DNA from: Prorocentrum cordatum
Lineage: Eukaryota
Assembly: GCA_963575745.1 (NCBI GenBank)
Contig: CAUYUJ010000192.1
Location: forward strand, 248,001-312,000
DNA: 64,000 nucleotides
Direction: 5' to 3'
Shown: positions 26,221 through 38,365 of the stretch, piece after piece
How positions within the stretch are numbered: position 1 is the first letter of the stretch
How the letters are laid out: each line of letters opens with the position of its first letter
The notes under the pieces: model-generated
What the model was told of the DNA's origin: nothing
What the model saw: only the letters and a program-made list of their open reading frames with translations
The model's database searches: none
Position numbers and translations under genes: made by a program

Positions 26221-26509
26221 GTTATTGTGTTGCATGGAAGATGGAGCGGGTGGTGGGTGGTAAGGAGAGGGTGTTCTGGGAAAACAAGAACCCCACTCAG
26301 GATGTGGGGGGCAAAAAAAGACCAGGGCCGAGCAAGCTCAAGCCAAGTGGTAGGGCGGAGGCGAGGCAAGTCCTTCGCGGCACCGTCCCCCTCCCTCTCC
26401 TCTTCCCCCTCCCACTCCCCTCTTCTTCCTCCTCCTCCTCCTCCTCCTCCCCTCCTCCCCCTCCTCCCCCCACGCCTCTCCTTCCATTCCCTCCTAGCGG
26501 CGCCGCACC

Positions 26510-27560
26510 TGCACCCGCTTAATAACGCACTCCGCTAAGAAAACGTAGGCGCCGATAGGCGCTAATGGACGCTCTGCACTCTTAGTTGCCCACTGCCCGT
26601 CTGCCGTCCCAGAACCCAGCCGCGTCCTGTCGCACTGAGTGAACTGCAACAACCCGGTCCCACTTTGGGAGCGCCCTCGCATCATCATCAAGGCTCCTGG
26701 TGAGAGGCCTGGCCCTGACGAGCGGGAGCCCGCATCCAGGGTGTCAGGGAAATCGTCCCCCTCCAAGTTGTAGATGACCGTGGTGAAGCGCTGACGCGGC
26801 TTGCCCTCCTGAGGTACCGGGGATCGCGTGATGGCCACGAGGCCCTGGCGGACGCGGTCCCTATCGATGGTTCCGCCCCCGGGCACCTCCCCGCGAATGC
26901 GCCGCGGCGCACGGACGAGGTCAACGGCGATCATATCCCTCGTGCAGAGACCCTCCTTACAGGGCGCCCGCCTGAAATCCTCACACCGCAACAAACCCTG
27001 GGCAGGAGGTCCGTCGCGCGAGCCGCGAACTCCGTCGCGAAGGTCGGCAACGCGGCGTCGGACACGAAAGCCGACCACGCATCCCAGAGCCGCGTCGCCA
27101 CGTCCTCGGCGAAGTTCAGCGAGACCGCCATGGGCAACGCTAGGTGCCCGTTAGGGGTCGCCTGGCGGATTGCCACAAAGCGGCAAAACTCCGTCTCCAG
27201 GAAAGTCAAGAACACGCTCAAGAAACGAACCCAGACGCCCTCAAACCCACCTCGCAGCTCCCCAGGGGCTGGCGCGGCCAGCGGCCGCGGCACGACGCCC
27301 TCCGCGCTGCGCAACTCGGCCGAGGCTGTCGCGGCCGACGGCGGCGACGCGACGGCTGCCGCTGCCAACGGCCGAAGAGGAGGAGGACGCGCTTGCGCCC
27401 TCGCAAGGTGCGCCGCCGCCTGGGCCACGAAGGGCCTCGGGCTGCGGCTCCGCGCCGTGGTGGGCGCAGCAGGAGGCGCCGGCGCTGGAGACCATGGCGC
27501 CGGAGGGTCGTTGGAGGCTGCTGCGCGGTCGCGTTTCTGTTTGCGCGCCCGGGCGCCCAT
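26510..27560 (-). CDS. Probable first exon of the Helitron accessory gene (one frameshift)
   Basis: ATG at 27560 (MGARARKQKR). Overlapping ORFs 26931..27749 and 26494..27078 give protein-like sequence ending at a CAG|GTG donor near 26510. Confidence 0.5.
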
Positions 27561-28060
27561 CTGTGGAGCAGAGGGCACGGAGGACGCGAGGCCCGAAAGA
27601 GGAAAGCTCCAGCGAGCGCAGAGTGGACTTGGGCCAACATGGGCAGCGGAGGAGCGACACGTCTGTAAGGAAAACAGACCCTTTGAAAAGGGAAGCTTCC
27701 GACTCCTGCATTCTCCCTTGTGCGTCTCGGAGGGTACGTGCCGGAGCACGACCCACGGGAGCAGCGCGCCTCGTCTCCTTCCTCCGTGCGTCCCAGAGGG
27801 TACGTGCGTCCCAGAGATGGTTGATTACCCTCCGCGGTCGCCACCCTCAATTGCGACCGCGAAGGGTAAGCAGCCATCTCTTCCCAGAACGTGTGAAACT
27901 AGTTTGAAACCACGGTGTGCGCCTCATGGATGAAACTCCTCCCTGGCTCTGAAACTCCTGGTCCGAACTTTGCGCGGGAGGCGCGCACTACAAAGCCACT
28001 TCAACTTCAACCGCGTACGAAACGTCCCTTCTAAGAACACGTCCAAGCTCCCTCCTGCCC

Positions 28061-28224
28061 TGGCGGCGCTCACAGGGAATGGCGCGAGAGGGGCCTGGCT
28101 TGTAAGAAAGCGATGGCTTCTTTGAAGGCGGGGGCCCTCTGAGAAGGTTTCTCAGAGCCGCGGGGGCTTCGAAAAAAAACCCGCCGCCTCCGTAGAACCC
28201 AGTCCCTCTCACGCCACGCCGCCA
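28061..28224. mobile_element. MITE related to the 55572-55774 element
   Basis: Ends TGGCGGCG / CGCCGCCA with an imperfect inner inverted repeat; flanks CCTGCCC / TCTGCCC. Confidence 0.55.
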
Positions 28225-29342
28225 TCTGCCCAAAGTGGAACATCCGCCACCGAGCAGCGAGGCACGAATTGGAGTACCCTCGCCTGTAGTCCAAAGTCCC
28301 CTGTCCTCAGGAATGAATATTGAGGGGCATGGACTCCAAACTTTCAACTGCTCCTGGGATCCCCTTGTGCTTCCCGCGGTTACCCAGCGTTTCCTGCATG
28401 ACTTTTCTCAGAGCCGCGAGCGTCCCAACACGGGCCAAGAAGGCCCCGAGACGCCTCCGACCTACCGCCCAGGTACGGTGGCGGGATGGGCCGAAGGCCA
28501 GCAGATGCCACGACACAACCGCAAACTCGTGCAGGCCGCGCGGATCCTCCGAGCCTGGCGCCAGACTTCCCTCCCCGCTCCACCAGCCCCGGCGCGTGGA
28601 GCGCGCCAGGGACGGCACTGCAGGCGGTCCAGCGCCGACCCGAAGCACCTCTGAGAGCTTGCAGCCCTCGCGCTGCCACAAATAGGGAGCCACATGCGAA
28701 CCCTGCCCCTGCCCCCCACGGCTTCTGGAGGGAGGGTGGGGCTAACTTCGCTCCCCCTTCAGACATCGTGGGGGCTAGGGGGCAGGATTCGAAGGTGGCC
28801 CCCTGACAAGAGTGGCTCGAAAGCAGGCGCGCAGGGGGGTTTTTCTTTCCCGGCCGCGGTGCGCCTCGGCCACGAGCCGGCTCCCCCGACCCAGGCACGA
28901 GGAGCGGGCGGCAGGAACGCCCGGGCCAGTCCCGAGGCGAGAGGGAGGGCCCTGCTCGCCACGTCTTGCCTGGCCCGGCTGCGCTCCTGCCCTCGAGGCC
29001 TGTGCAGGATGCGTGGCGCTCCTGCCCGCATCCCTCCCGAACCTGCTCTCCCGTGCTCGTGGACTTGAAGTCGGGCCCGCCCCCCCTACTGGGGGCTTCT
29101 GGGCTACAAAAAAAACAATTCCAACACTCCTCGTTTGCATCCCTCCCGCACCTGCTCTCCATGCTCCTGGATTTGAAATCGGGCCCGCCCCCCTACAGGG
29201 GGCTTCTGGGCTGCATAAACAACTCAAACATTACTCACCGAATGCCCCCAAACACTAAAACAGAACAACTCAAACATTACTCCCTATATGCCCCACAATA
29301 GTCAAAACATCGTCCCCAGACTATGTTTGGGTTACTTTTGAA

Positions 29343-29520
29343 TATTCGGGGATGGACATACCCCCCTGTAGTAAAACGTGGTGTAGCGAAAACGATCTGA
29401 GGCCCAAACCTGGCGGGCGCAAGCCTGGAAAATGACGGCCACGGCGCCATCTCGAGAACCGAAGACGGAAAATCCACGAGTCGACGTGCCACTGTTGGGG
29501 ATTCTGTCCACCCTCGAAGT
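29343..29520. mobile_element. MITE, second copy at ~58128-58313
   Basis: ATTCGGGGATGGACA / TCTGTCCACCC ends; identical core GAGGCCCAAACCTGGCGGGCGCAAGCCTGGAAAAT. Confidence 0.75.
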
Positions 29521-29856
29521 ATTCCTCCTGTAGATGGACAAGCCCGACTCTGCCCTGGACCGCCCCTCCTCGCGCGTCGGGCCCCCGCCGTGCGCGGCCA
29601 CCTCCTCGTCCTCGCGCCGCCGCCCTGGGAAAAATTGACGCCTCTCCGACGAAAGCCGCGGTGCGCGACGCGCGGCTCTCTTCGCGCCCGCGGAGGCGAC
29701 CCGATCCGAGGATCCCCTGCCCGAAGAGGAGGAGGAGCAGGAGGAGGAGGAGGAGGAGGAGGACGGGCGTCCAAATCTGGGGGTCCACATTGCGAAACTA
29801 ATTCCAAGGAGGAGGAGGAGGAGGAGGAGGAGGAGGAGGAGGAGGAGGAGGAGGAC

Positions 29857-30510
29857 CGTGCGTCCAAGAGGGCACGTGCCAGAGCACGACCCCCAGGAGC
29901 AGCACGAATCCTCCCTCCTCTCCTTCCTCCGTGCGTCCCAGAGGGTACGTGCCGGAGCACGACCCACGGGAGCAGCACGCATCCTCCCTCATCTCCATCC
30001 TCCGTGCGTCCCAGAGGGTACGTGCCGGAGCACGACCCAAGGGAGCAGCACGCATCCTTCCTCATCTCCTTCCTCCGTGCGTCCCTGAGGGTACGTGCCG
30101 GAGCACGACCCAAGGGAGCAGCACGCATCCTTCCTCATCTCCTTCCTCCGTGCGTCCCAGAGGGTACGTGCCGGCGGCACGACCCACGGGAAGCAGCACG
30201 CAATCCTCCTCATCTCCTTCCTCCGTGCCGTCCCCCAGAAAAAAAAAAAAAATAAAAAATAAGAATAGGGTACGTGCCGAGCACGACCCACGGAAGGCAC
30301 ACGGCATCCTCCTCATCTCCTTCCCTCCGTGCGTCCCCTCGAGGGTACGTGCCGAAGCACACCCACGGGAGGCGAGCACGCATCTTAACACCTCAGGGCT
30401 CCTTCCTCCGTGCGTCCCCAGAGGGTACGTGCCCAGAGGGTGCGTGCTGGAGCACGACCCAAGGGAAAGCCGCACGATCCGATCTCTTCCTCCGTGCGTC
30501 CCAGAGGGTC
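29857..30510 (+). repeat. Subterminal ~73-bp tandem array of the family B element (about 9 units; partial units at ~27720-27815 and ~33556-33620)
   Basis: Unit GTGCGTCCCAGAGGGTACGTGCCGGAGCACGACCCA..CTCCTTCCTCC. Confidence 0.9.
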
Positions 30511-30771
30511 CGCAGTTACTCACAGCTCGAAGCTCCCTCCACCTCCGCCTCCCGCGAAAGCGCGAATCCGTGACGTGACCAGCCCTCCTCTTCCCCCCCT
30601 TATGGGGTCACGCCTTGCCAGAGTGGAACCAAAAAGTGATTCCGATAACCCCCCAAGCTTCCCCAATCGGCCCCCAAGAGGTCCTCCGGAAGCTTCCCAA
30701 AAAACTCCCAAGGCGTCCAAAACGCCCGTACTCTCCGCAGTCCGGACGTGCACCCCGCGAAGCGAGAGGAA

Positions 30772-32546
30772 TCCACGTCCGGAGGTGACGTGCTGAGCGG
30801 TGAGGTCTTTTCGGCCGAACGCAACTTCATCACCTCCATGATCCCCATGTGTCCCATGAAACAATAGGAGCGGCATGAACTGAGACTTATGGCCCCCATG
30901 GGCCGTCTCCCCACCCATAACACCCCCCCCCATGTGAGAAATCGCGCCACAGCGCACGTACCAAAAGTTGGCAACCCCTCATTCTTGGACCCAAACCTAA
31001 CCCCACAAAAACCTACGTAAAATCAACAATTTCGGCCTCTTCGGCCTATATTGCGGAATTGATACATATTGTGTTTTGTTACATTATTATGTCTCCCCCC
31101 CTAACCCCCCCCTGGAGTCGCGCCACAGCGCCGTACCAAAAGTTGGCCCCCCTCATTCTGGACCCCAAACCTACAAAAACCGATGTAAAATCAACAATTT
31201 CGGCCTCTTCGGCCTCTTGGGACTCCAAGTAGGCGTCAAGGGGGTTCCAGGATGGCCCCATGACGGCCCAAGACGGCCCAATACGGCCCCAAGACGGCCC
31301 CAGATGGTCCCAAGAGGGCCCGTCAGGCCCCCAAGACGGCCCAAGAGGGCCCCAAAATGATCCCAAAGGGCGCCTCCATGAGCCAAAATCATAAATTTCC
31401 CAATGGCTTTTGAATAATTTTCGCGTTCTCGCCCTTGCCGGCTCTCAGAGGACCATGACGGCCCAACCAGCCTCCAAGGAGACCCCCAGACGGCCCAAGA
31501 GGCCCCCATGGAGGTTCCAAGATGGCCCACGGGGGCCCGACACGGCCAAAAGAGGCCCCCATGACGGGCCAAGGGGTCTCCAAGACGGGCGAAGGAGACT
31601 CCCAAAGAGCCCCAAGGCGGCCGCGAGAGGCCTCCAAGATGGCCTCCGAAGGGGCTGGGCGGCGCAAGAGCGCCCCAAGACGGCGCAAGACGCAAGAAGA
31701 AGCCCCGAGAGGCCCCAAGGCGGCCCCAAAGATGCCCCAAGAGGATCCCTGGAGGCTTCCACGAAGCTCCCATGAGCCCTTCCAGGACACCGCCTCAAGC
31801 CCCGGGGATGGCAGGCCGGAGCGGCACACGCGCGCGGAGGCCGAGCATGTCACGCCATGTAACGCCAACATTTTCCACAGTTCTCCACGGCGGCGATGAC
31901 CAGTTCGGATCGGATGCGCGGCGCCTACTCTGCCCGCCTGCAAGCGCGGCGCCTACTCTGCCCGCCTGCAAGCGGGGCAGAGCATGTCTGCTTTGTCGCG
32001 CTGGGAACTCTTCACGGCTGCTCGCATAAACACTGCCGAGCACTGGGCGCATTTCAGCCCCCCGCGCGGATCCCGGCACTGAGCGCAGGTCCACTCTTTC
32101 ATGTTCCACACTCTGTACTTGGCCGTCTTCGGCCGCGGAGTCGTGCCACATCTCGCGCACGGCGGGAATTTGCAAGACTCGCACCAAAAACCGGCGCTGT
32201 ACGTCAAGCGGTCTGGAGGCCTTGCTCCGCAGCCTCCCTGACAGAGGGGCTTCCCTTTTTCGTCGAGACATTCTGTGCACGCGGCGTCTTTGACGCTCTT
32301 GTGCATCTTAAAAAAGGCTGCATCAAACTGATCCGCTGCCTTCTCCTGCGAGCAGATGCGGCACTTAAAAAGGCGGCCCTCCGACATAATGTTGAAATGC
32401 TGCCTCTCAGGGGTGCAAGCGACGCAAACGGCAAGGTCCAGCGCCCCTCTTCCCGTCAAGTCATTGACCTCGCTGCGTCTGAAGTTCTTTAACGATTTAG
32501 TCTCCTTGCAGCGATTGCAGACGAGCACGTCTCTGCCTTTCGCGGG

Positions 32547-32577
<31 letters not shown>

Positions 32578-32594
32578 AGGGGGGAAAAGGATAA

Positions 32595-32631
<37 letters not shown>

Positions 32632-33868
32632 AGGGGAAGGGGGGGGGGGGGGAGGGGGAGGGGGGTGGGGGGGGGGGGGGGGGAGGGGGGGGGGGCGGGA
32701 GGAGAGGAAAGAGGGAGGGGGGCGGGGGGGGGGGGGAAAGGGGATGGGGGGAGCGGGGGGGGGGGGGGGGGGGGGCCTTTCGCGGCGAATGGCTCTGCAG
32801 CCGCGGCGGGCGCGCCCGCAGCAGAGGTCCGCTTCTGCGCGCACAGGGCGCACCTCCTCCACGCGCCCTGGCACAGCAACGCCACGGCGTGCTCTACGGG
32901 GTCGCTCGTTCTCATGCCGCTGCCGGGGAAGTTGCCCGCTCTCTTCCGCTGGTGGCAGTCGGCGCACTGGAAAGTGACGTCCACCAACTTCTTGGACGAC
33001 CTGGACGCGGCTTCCTTCTCTGCATTGGCCCAGCCGGCTTCCGCCTGCTCCGTCGTCATCTCCCCGGCTGTCAGGGAGTGCAAGAGCCATGGGCCCGTCT
33101 GATGCCCCTGGCGGAAAAGCATGGGCGAAAAAGGCTGCGTGATGATCAGATCGTCAGCCCTCCTGGTGCGGCTGATGGCCACGTAGCCCGTGGGGACCTT
33201 GGCTGCGCGGGGCGTCGTGCGCGCGTCCAGGAGGTCGATAATGGCCTGCGGCAGCGTGGCGCCGGTGACGCAGTGGGCCGTGGCGGCGAAGTGCGGGACC
33301 AGCGGGAACCCCGCGCGCTTCACCATGGCCTTGAAGCCGGGACTGCGATCCCAGGACACCTCCCTCTGCTTCACGGGGAAGACGCCCGCGGGCTGATTCC
33401 CAAAGCGGGGCGCCGTGTTCCCGGGAATTTGCACCATGATCGCCTCGGGCACGTGCTGCCAGTACCACAGCTCCTTCTCGGAACCTGTGGTCTTTTCAAC
33501 CCACTTCCGTCGTCGGGGTGAGGCTCCTATCCTTTCCCCGTGGCGTCCCAGATTGTACGTGCCTGGGCACGACCCAGGAGCGCACGAATCATCTCCTCCC
33601 TCCGTGCGTCCCAGAGGGTCTCAAGTTACTCAACATGCGAAGCTTCACGCGCCCCCGCCTCCCGCGGGCGCGAATCGTGTCGTGACCAGCCCCCTCCCCC
33701 CCTGGTCACGCCTGTGCCAGAGAACCAAAAAAGTGATTCCGATAACCCCCCAAGCTTCCCCAATAGGCCCCCAAGAGGTCCTCCGGAAGCTTCCCAAAAA
33801 ACTCCCAAGGCGTCCAAAACGCCCGTACTCTCCGCAGTCCGGACGTGCACCCCGCGAAGCGAGAGGAA
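30772..33868 (+). mobile_element. Family B copy 2: tandem, internally deleted 3.1-kb copy
   Basis: 30772-33450 repeats 8812-11390 and ~33560-33868 repeats ~30450-30771; identical termini. Confidence 0.85.
31953..33515 (-). pseudogene. RepHel 3' fragment (helicase motifs V-VI and CxxC repeats)
   Basis: FPLVPHFAATAHCVTGATL, YVAISRTRR and six CxxC..CxxC modules in a single frame. Confidence 0.9.
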
Positions 33869-33959
33869 TCAAAGAGGGCAAGGCTGTTCAATAAACACCC
33901 AAGGCCGTTCACTAAACGCCAATTGTCTGGTCCGGGTGATTGTTTCCTCCCTTGACCTA

Positions 33960-34090
33960 TGGGGGAGGGGCTCCACCTGCTCGAAACATGCGTCCAAACA
34001 GTCAAGGACTACTCCATGGGGCGAGGGAGGGTGGGGGGTGCAAGGGCCCGCGCCGATCCCGATCAGCAAAACAACGAACAAGAAAACGAG
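33960..34090 (+). repeat. Dispersed repeat preceding (CCT)n, second copy at ~58890-59020
   Basis: Shared CCACCTGCTCGAAACA..CTACTCCATGGGG..GGCCCGCGCC. Confidence 0.75.
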
Positions 34091-34429
34091 AACCCCTCCT
34101 CCTCCTCCTCTTCCTCCTCCTCATCCTCGCTCCTCCTCGCTCCTCCTCCTCCTCCTCCTCGTTCCTCCTCGCTCCTCCTCCTCCTCCTCCTCGTCCTCCT
34201 CCTCCTTTTCCTCCTCTTCCTCCTCTTCCTCCTCTTCCTCCTCTTCCTCCTCCTCCTCCTCCTCCTCCTCCATCCTAGCCCATTTCAGCGCACCCCTTGC
34301 AGTGGGCATACCTGTTACCGTACACTCGTCTTTACTCGCGCACATGACATACAGGCAGTGAACACTCATTTCTTACACGCACGTACATGGGGCTATAGCA
34401 GGACAGGCTCCAGGACCTCAGCAGCATTC

Positions 34430-37400
34430 TCAGGTCCAGCGCTATCCTTATCCAGGGTACCAGGCGACGAGTTCATGAATCTGATCCATATGATACAAAT
34501 TCTGGTCTTGACTACCATCAATTCCATGTCGGAAATCATCCTGAACGTGTCTTTTTTACCTAACAACTCATCCGAACAATGGCAGGCACTTGTCGGACAA
34601 AACACAGGTACACTTCCTCTCGCTGCGGAATATTACGGCGAACCAAACAACCTGGACAGCATTCTCACGAACGCCAAGCGCTCCTCCATCGTCGACGTGA
34701 TGTACGCTCTCCATGTCTACATACAATACAATATTCTACACATGGTGTTCTTTTATACTCATTGCAACATTGTCACAATCTCGTGCGGTGAGTCAAAGTT
34801 AATCGTCTCATTCGTCCATGTCAGGCAGCACGCGCAAAAACCCTCGACGAACAACGCCGACTCGACTTACAAGACGCCTGGCGAGGACGACGGCTCGCTG
34901 AAACATGGCACCTCGCTCGCCTCCTGACTCGCAAGCGTATCGGCAGACGTCTACGCAACTACCACAAAGCATCTCTACGACGACGATCTGAAGAATAATG
35001 GTTCTCTCAGCTTTCACAGGCTGGATCTCAAGGTGGATGGAATTGCATTCGACTTCCCATCTCTCAAGTCCGACAGGAGGTCTTCGACGATCACGACGAC
35101 ATCATTCATGTCGACTATTCCAGCCACGTTCTCGGAGAACCTGATCTCAAACAAACGCTTTGGCGGATTCGCAAAAGCTCGAATTGCCGATCACCTCCAC
35201 CACGGGTTCCAAACGAAATGTGGAAAATGATTATTTGGTCGCAGTCAGTATTTGAAGCCGAATATCATGAAGTTGGTCACGACGCATCTCCATTTGAACC
35301 ACACGAGCTCTTGACACGCCTACAGAAGATTAGCGAGACGACACGCGCAACAGGCCACAGCCCATATTAATTTCACCGCAATCAAGGTTTTCAGATCCCC
35401 CTACAAAGATGACGTCCACATCATTCACAGCATTTCGTTTGTTTCGAAAGCATATCACTGAGGTCTACGATGTCGTCCTGTCAAACATCGCCGACCACCA
35501 CCACACCATGCCTTTGCAGTTCCAGGGCGCCGCCGTGAAGAAGCTATTATTGCAAACATTGTGGTGTCGCATCGTTGTTCTAAACTTGGTCTTAGCATCA
35601 CCAATCTTCACTACGACGTGGTCAATGCCTTCGCTTGTCCCTCTCACGATATCATGGATTCTGCAACGCAGACGCTTATGCTGTCTCAGCCCGATGACGA
35701 TTTCCCAAACGAAGAAGACGCACATCTTCTTCACGATGCTGAACAGGACGAACGCCTACAACGCCAACGGCATCGCCATTCTACATGTACTTTACAGACA
35801 TCAGACGTGCCCGCCGAGTGTTGCCCCTGCAGTGGCACGTTTCAAAGCAATAGCGTCGCTACCAATGACTTTCACATACCATACTGGAAAGCTGTTGGGC
35901 ATTGGAGCCTGGAAACACAAGATCCTGACTTACTTGTTCCATCGCCTCTCAACACCGACATCATCGACTTAGCCATCACCTCCTTCGCCGACGATCTATG
36001 TAAACAGTATGGCATCACTACGCCTACGAACTTACATAGTACACAGGAAAATCACGACGTACGACTCGACAGTATAGTCGTGTAGTACACCATAGCGCAG
36101 CAGACGGGCAATAGCGAGTCTACTGTGCAGTTCGTTGGCACGAACGCGCACACATACCAGCGTATGGTTCACGAACAGCAAGCACAATGTAAAGTACTTA
36201 GCGCAGCACGCTATCTTGGGCCTTATTTACACTACCAAGCTGTTTCTTGGCTGAAAGAAACCTACGACTCCAGGCTGCTACGAAAGAATGGCGGATTTTC
36301 AGGCGGTACTGGTTTACCAAGACTGATCTTCGTTTTGGCGCACTGGTGTGTCGATGTACAATCTGGTCCGCATTATTTTCTGGACTTACCGCTTCTGCTC
36401 TAACTGAACATGTCTACACATGTGTAAACAGTACATCATATATCGCACACGCAAGCTCATGAAAGGCACGGCAACCATCAAGACCCCACTCGACGACGGA
36501 AATATCAAATATAAGCTTATTCCCACCATTGAAGTATGGCGCACTATCGGTCTAGCTGACACGACTACTGAGCTCAGAATTCAACGGCTTAATCTATATC
36601 GCATATCGCCACAATGTTCGGACGATTTGCCAGGATTCCCCAGGGACACCACCTGACCATCTGTGGCTTCAACAATTGCAGACAGACATCAATGCCCTCT
36701 CGTTGCTGGAATGTGCGTACTTTCTCGAGAACACTTCCCCGTTGCAGCTGATCGAGGCAGGCACGTTCCGTGACGATGTTCTCGAGATTATTGTGTCTGA
36801 ATTACGATCATACTTTCTTTCTGTCAACATCCCCCCAAACCATTATGACCAAAACACCTTACAGCCTACTGCATCATCATGTTCATTACCTACAGGCGAA
36901 TAGTATTGCCGGTCACCGACCTCGCCTTCATTACCTGATGGCAAGCTCTGCACACCGACCTTCCATACACCTAAAGCTCTAAAGCTACACCGTGCGCGTG
37001 AACAATCTGTGCATGGTATGATTACGCTAGACCCCATAGTACTTGCAGCTGTACGTCCCTGGTGCTCTACACATTTCCCTACACGAAGGATAACACAAGA
37101 ACATGCACGCAGAAGCTGGCACTATGGCAGATGCAAAATTGACCAAATATCTTCTTTCGCCCCCATCGTTTCCGACATGACATACGCATGTCCTCTCTGC
37201 AAACATATATGGCAACACCTACGAATGCGATAACATCTACGTCTGAAATCATCGTATCAGTACTCAGCATCTGTCTGATCCAAGACGCCTCGACTTCACG
37301 ACATCTAATTGCATATCTACTCGTGCGGCTGTGGCAGCAGATGGACCTCGGCCTCGCAGTGAGCTCGCCTCGTTCGCCACAGACGGAGCGCCGCAGGAGC

Positions 37401-38365
37401 CAAAGTCAGCACGACCTCGCAGCACTCGTTCTTCTCATCGCCAAGCTGGCCCTCAGTACTGCTATGTCGCCAAAGATGACCAGGGCAATCGGATTGGACA
37501 AATATCAGGTGAGCGAGAGCTCCGAGTACTTCGCCCAGGGGAGAAAGTATACCGAAAGCTATGCGGAGGCGGCCAAGACTTTTGGGAAAGACCAGAAGCA
37601 ACAGAAGATCGCAGCCCACGCCCATCCTCACGTTCACGTTTGGAACGCTTGGCTCATGGCCGCCAAGAAAGAGCTCGCCGAGAAAGACCTCAATCCACCA
37701 CAAGCGTCGAACCTCGACGCCTACATCGCCAAGAAGAAGAATGGATCGACGGACTCGAAGGAATACCTTCACACGCTGATGAAAGAAGTTCGCTACGCAC
37801 GCTGCTGCAAGACATACGACAACAAGATCAAGCGCCTCGAGGCGAACGTGGTGACCAATTGCGACAGCGACATCTGCTTCCAGCAAGTCACCGTACCACT
37901 TCGGATTCGTTCGAAAGCAGTGAAGCTCGAAGGAGTGGCGCCACTAGGAGATCTCGAACGCAGGATCCAGACGGCGATCGACGAGCTCGACGATCAGGCC
38001 TGAGCCCCGATCCAGATGTCGATGTTCCAGGCCCTCGCCGCCGACAGCCGTGCTACGGGTCTCCCCCTCGTCCAAGTCCTCCTCCTCCCTCTCCTCCTCC
38101 TCCGCTCAGTGTGAATGATGGCGTGTTTTTCGACACGTTTCCAGGAAACCCAACGCCGATTCCAACAGTCTCATCCCCCGTCTTAAGTTGTGTGCTGATT
38201 CAGGGCTTGCGTGTACTGTCGTCGGTGGGCTTAGCTCGTGTCACCCCCCATACAGTCGCGCGTCTCTCAGCGTATGAGCCCCTGTGCAATTGTCTCCCCC
38301 TTCAGGCTGATTCGACAGGCTCACGTACAATCGCTCTTGTGAGATGACTAGTATTATTACTATTA
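34430..38365 (+). mobile_element. Decayed non-LTR retrotransposon (weak APE remnant, RT, C2H2 fingers) plus downstream ORF and short TAT/TAC tail
   Basis: RT motifs in order: AFAVPGRRREEAI (~35510), HYDVVNAF, GTFQSNSVATNDF, TSFADDL (~35980), ARYLG (~36210). Then C..C..HRAREQSVH and PWCSTHF. Many stops and frameshifts. Confidence 0.75.
37341..38003 (+). CDS. Intact 220-aa ORF of unknown function directly downstream of the LINE RT
   Basis: Uninterrupted, GC3-rich, protein-like: IAKLALST..HPHVHVWNAWL..EVRYARCCKTYD..GVAPLGDLERRIQ. Confidence 0.7.
   Translation: MDLGLAVSSPRSPQTERRRSQSQHDLAALVLLIAKLALSTAMSPKMTRAIGLDKYQVSESSEYFAQGRKYTESYAEAAKTFGKDQKQQKIAAHAHPHVHVWNAWLMAAKKELAEKDLNPPQASNLDAYIAKKKNGSTDSKEYLHTLMKEVRYARCCKTYDNKIKRLEANVVTNCDSDICFQQVTVPLRIRSKAVKLEGVAPLGDLERRIQTAIDELDDQA

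Larger units (their letters stand above)
8812..30771 (+). mobile_element. ~22-kb Helitron2/Helentron-like element, family B copy 1 (RepHel on the minus strand)
   Basis: Left end TCCACGTCCGGA. Right end TCCGGACGTG (30741-30750), CGC-GAA-GCG (30756-30764), AGAGGAA. The same ends bound 30772-33868 and (one left-end mismatch) 62788-63665. Contains the RepHel gene. Confidence 0.78.

Noticed and set aside
29857..30510. CRISPR-like arrays (also 40660-41020 and 61100-61460)
   Set aside because: Whole units repeat with no unique spacers, and there are no cas genes.
32545..32775. Poly-G block giving a poly-Pro insert in RepHel
   Set aside because: Absent from copy 1 and flanked by duplicated GCCTTTCGCGG; most likely a long-read artefact.
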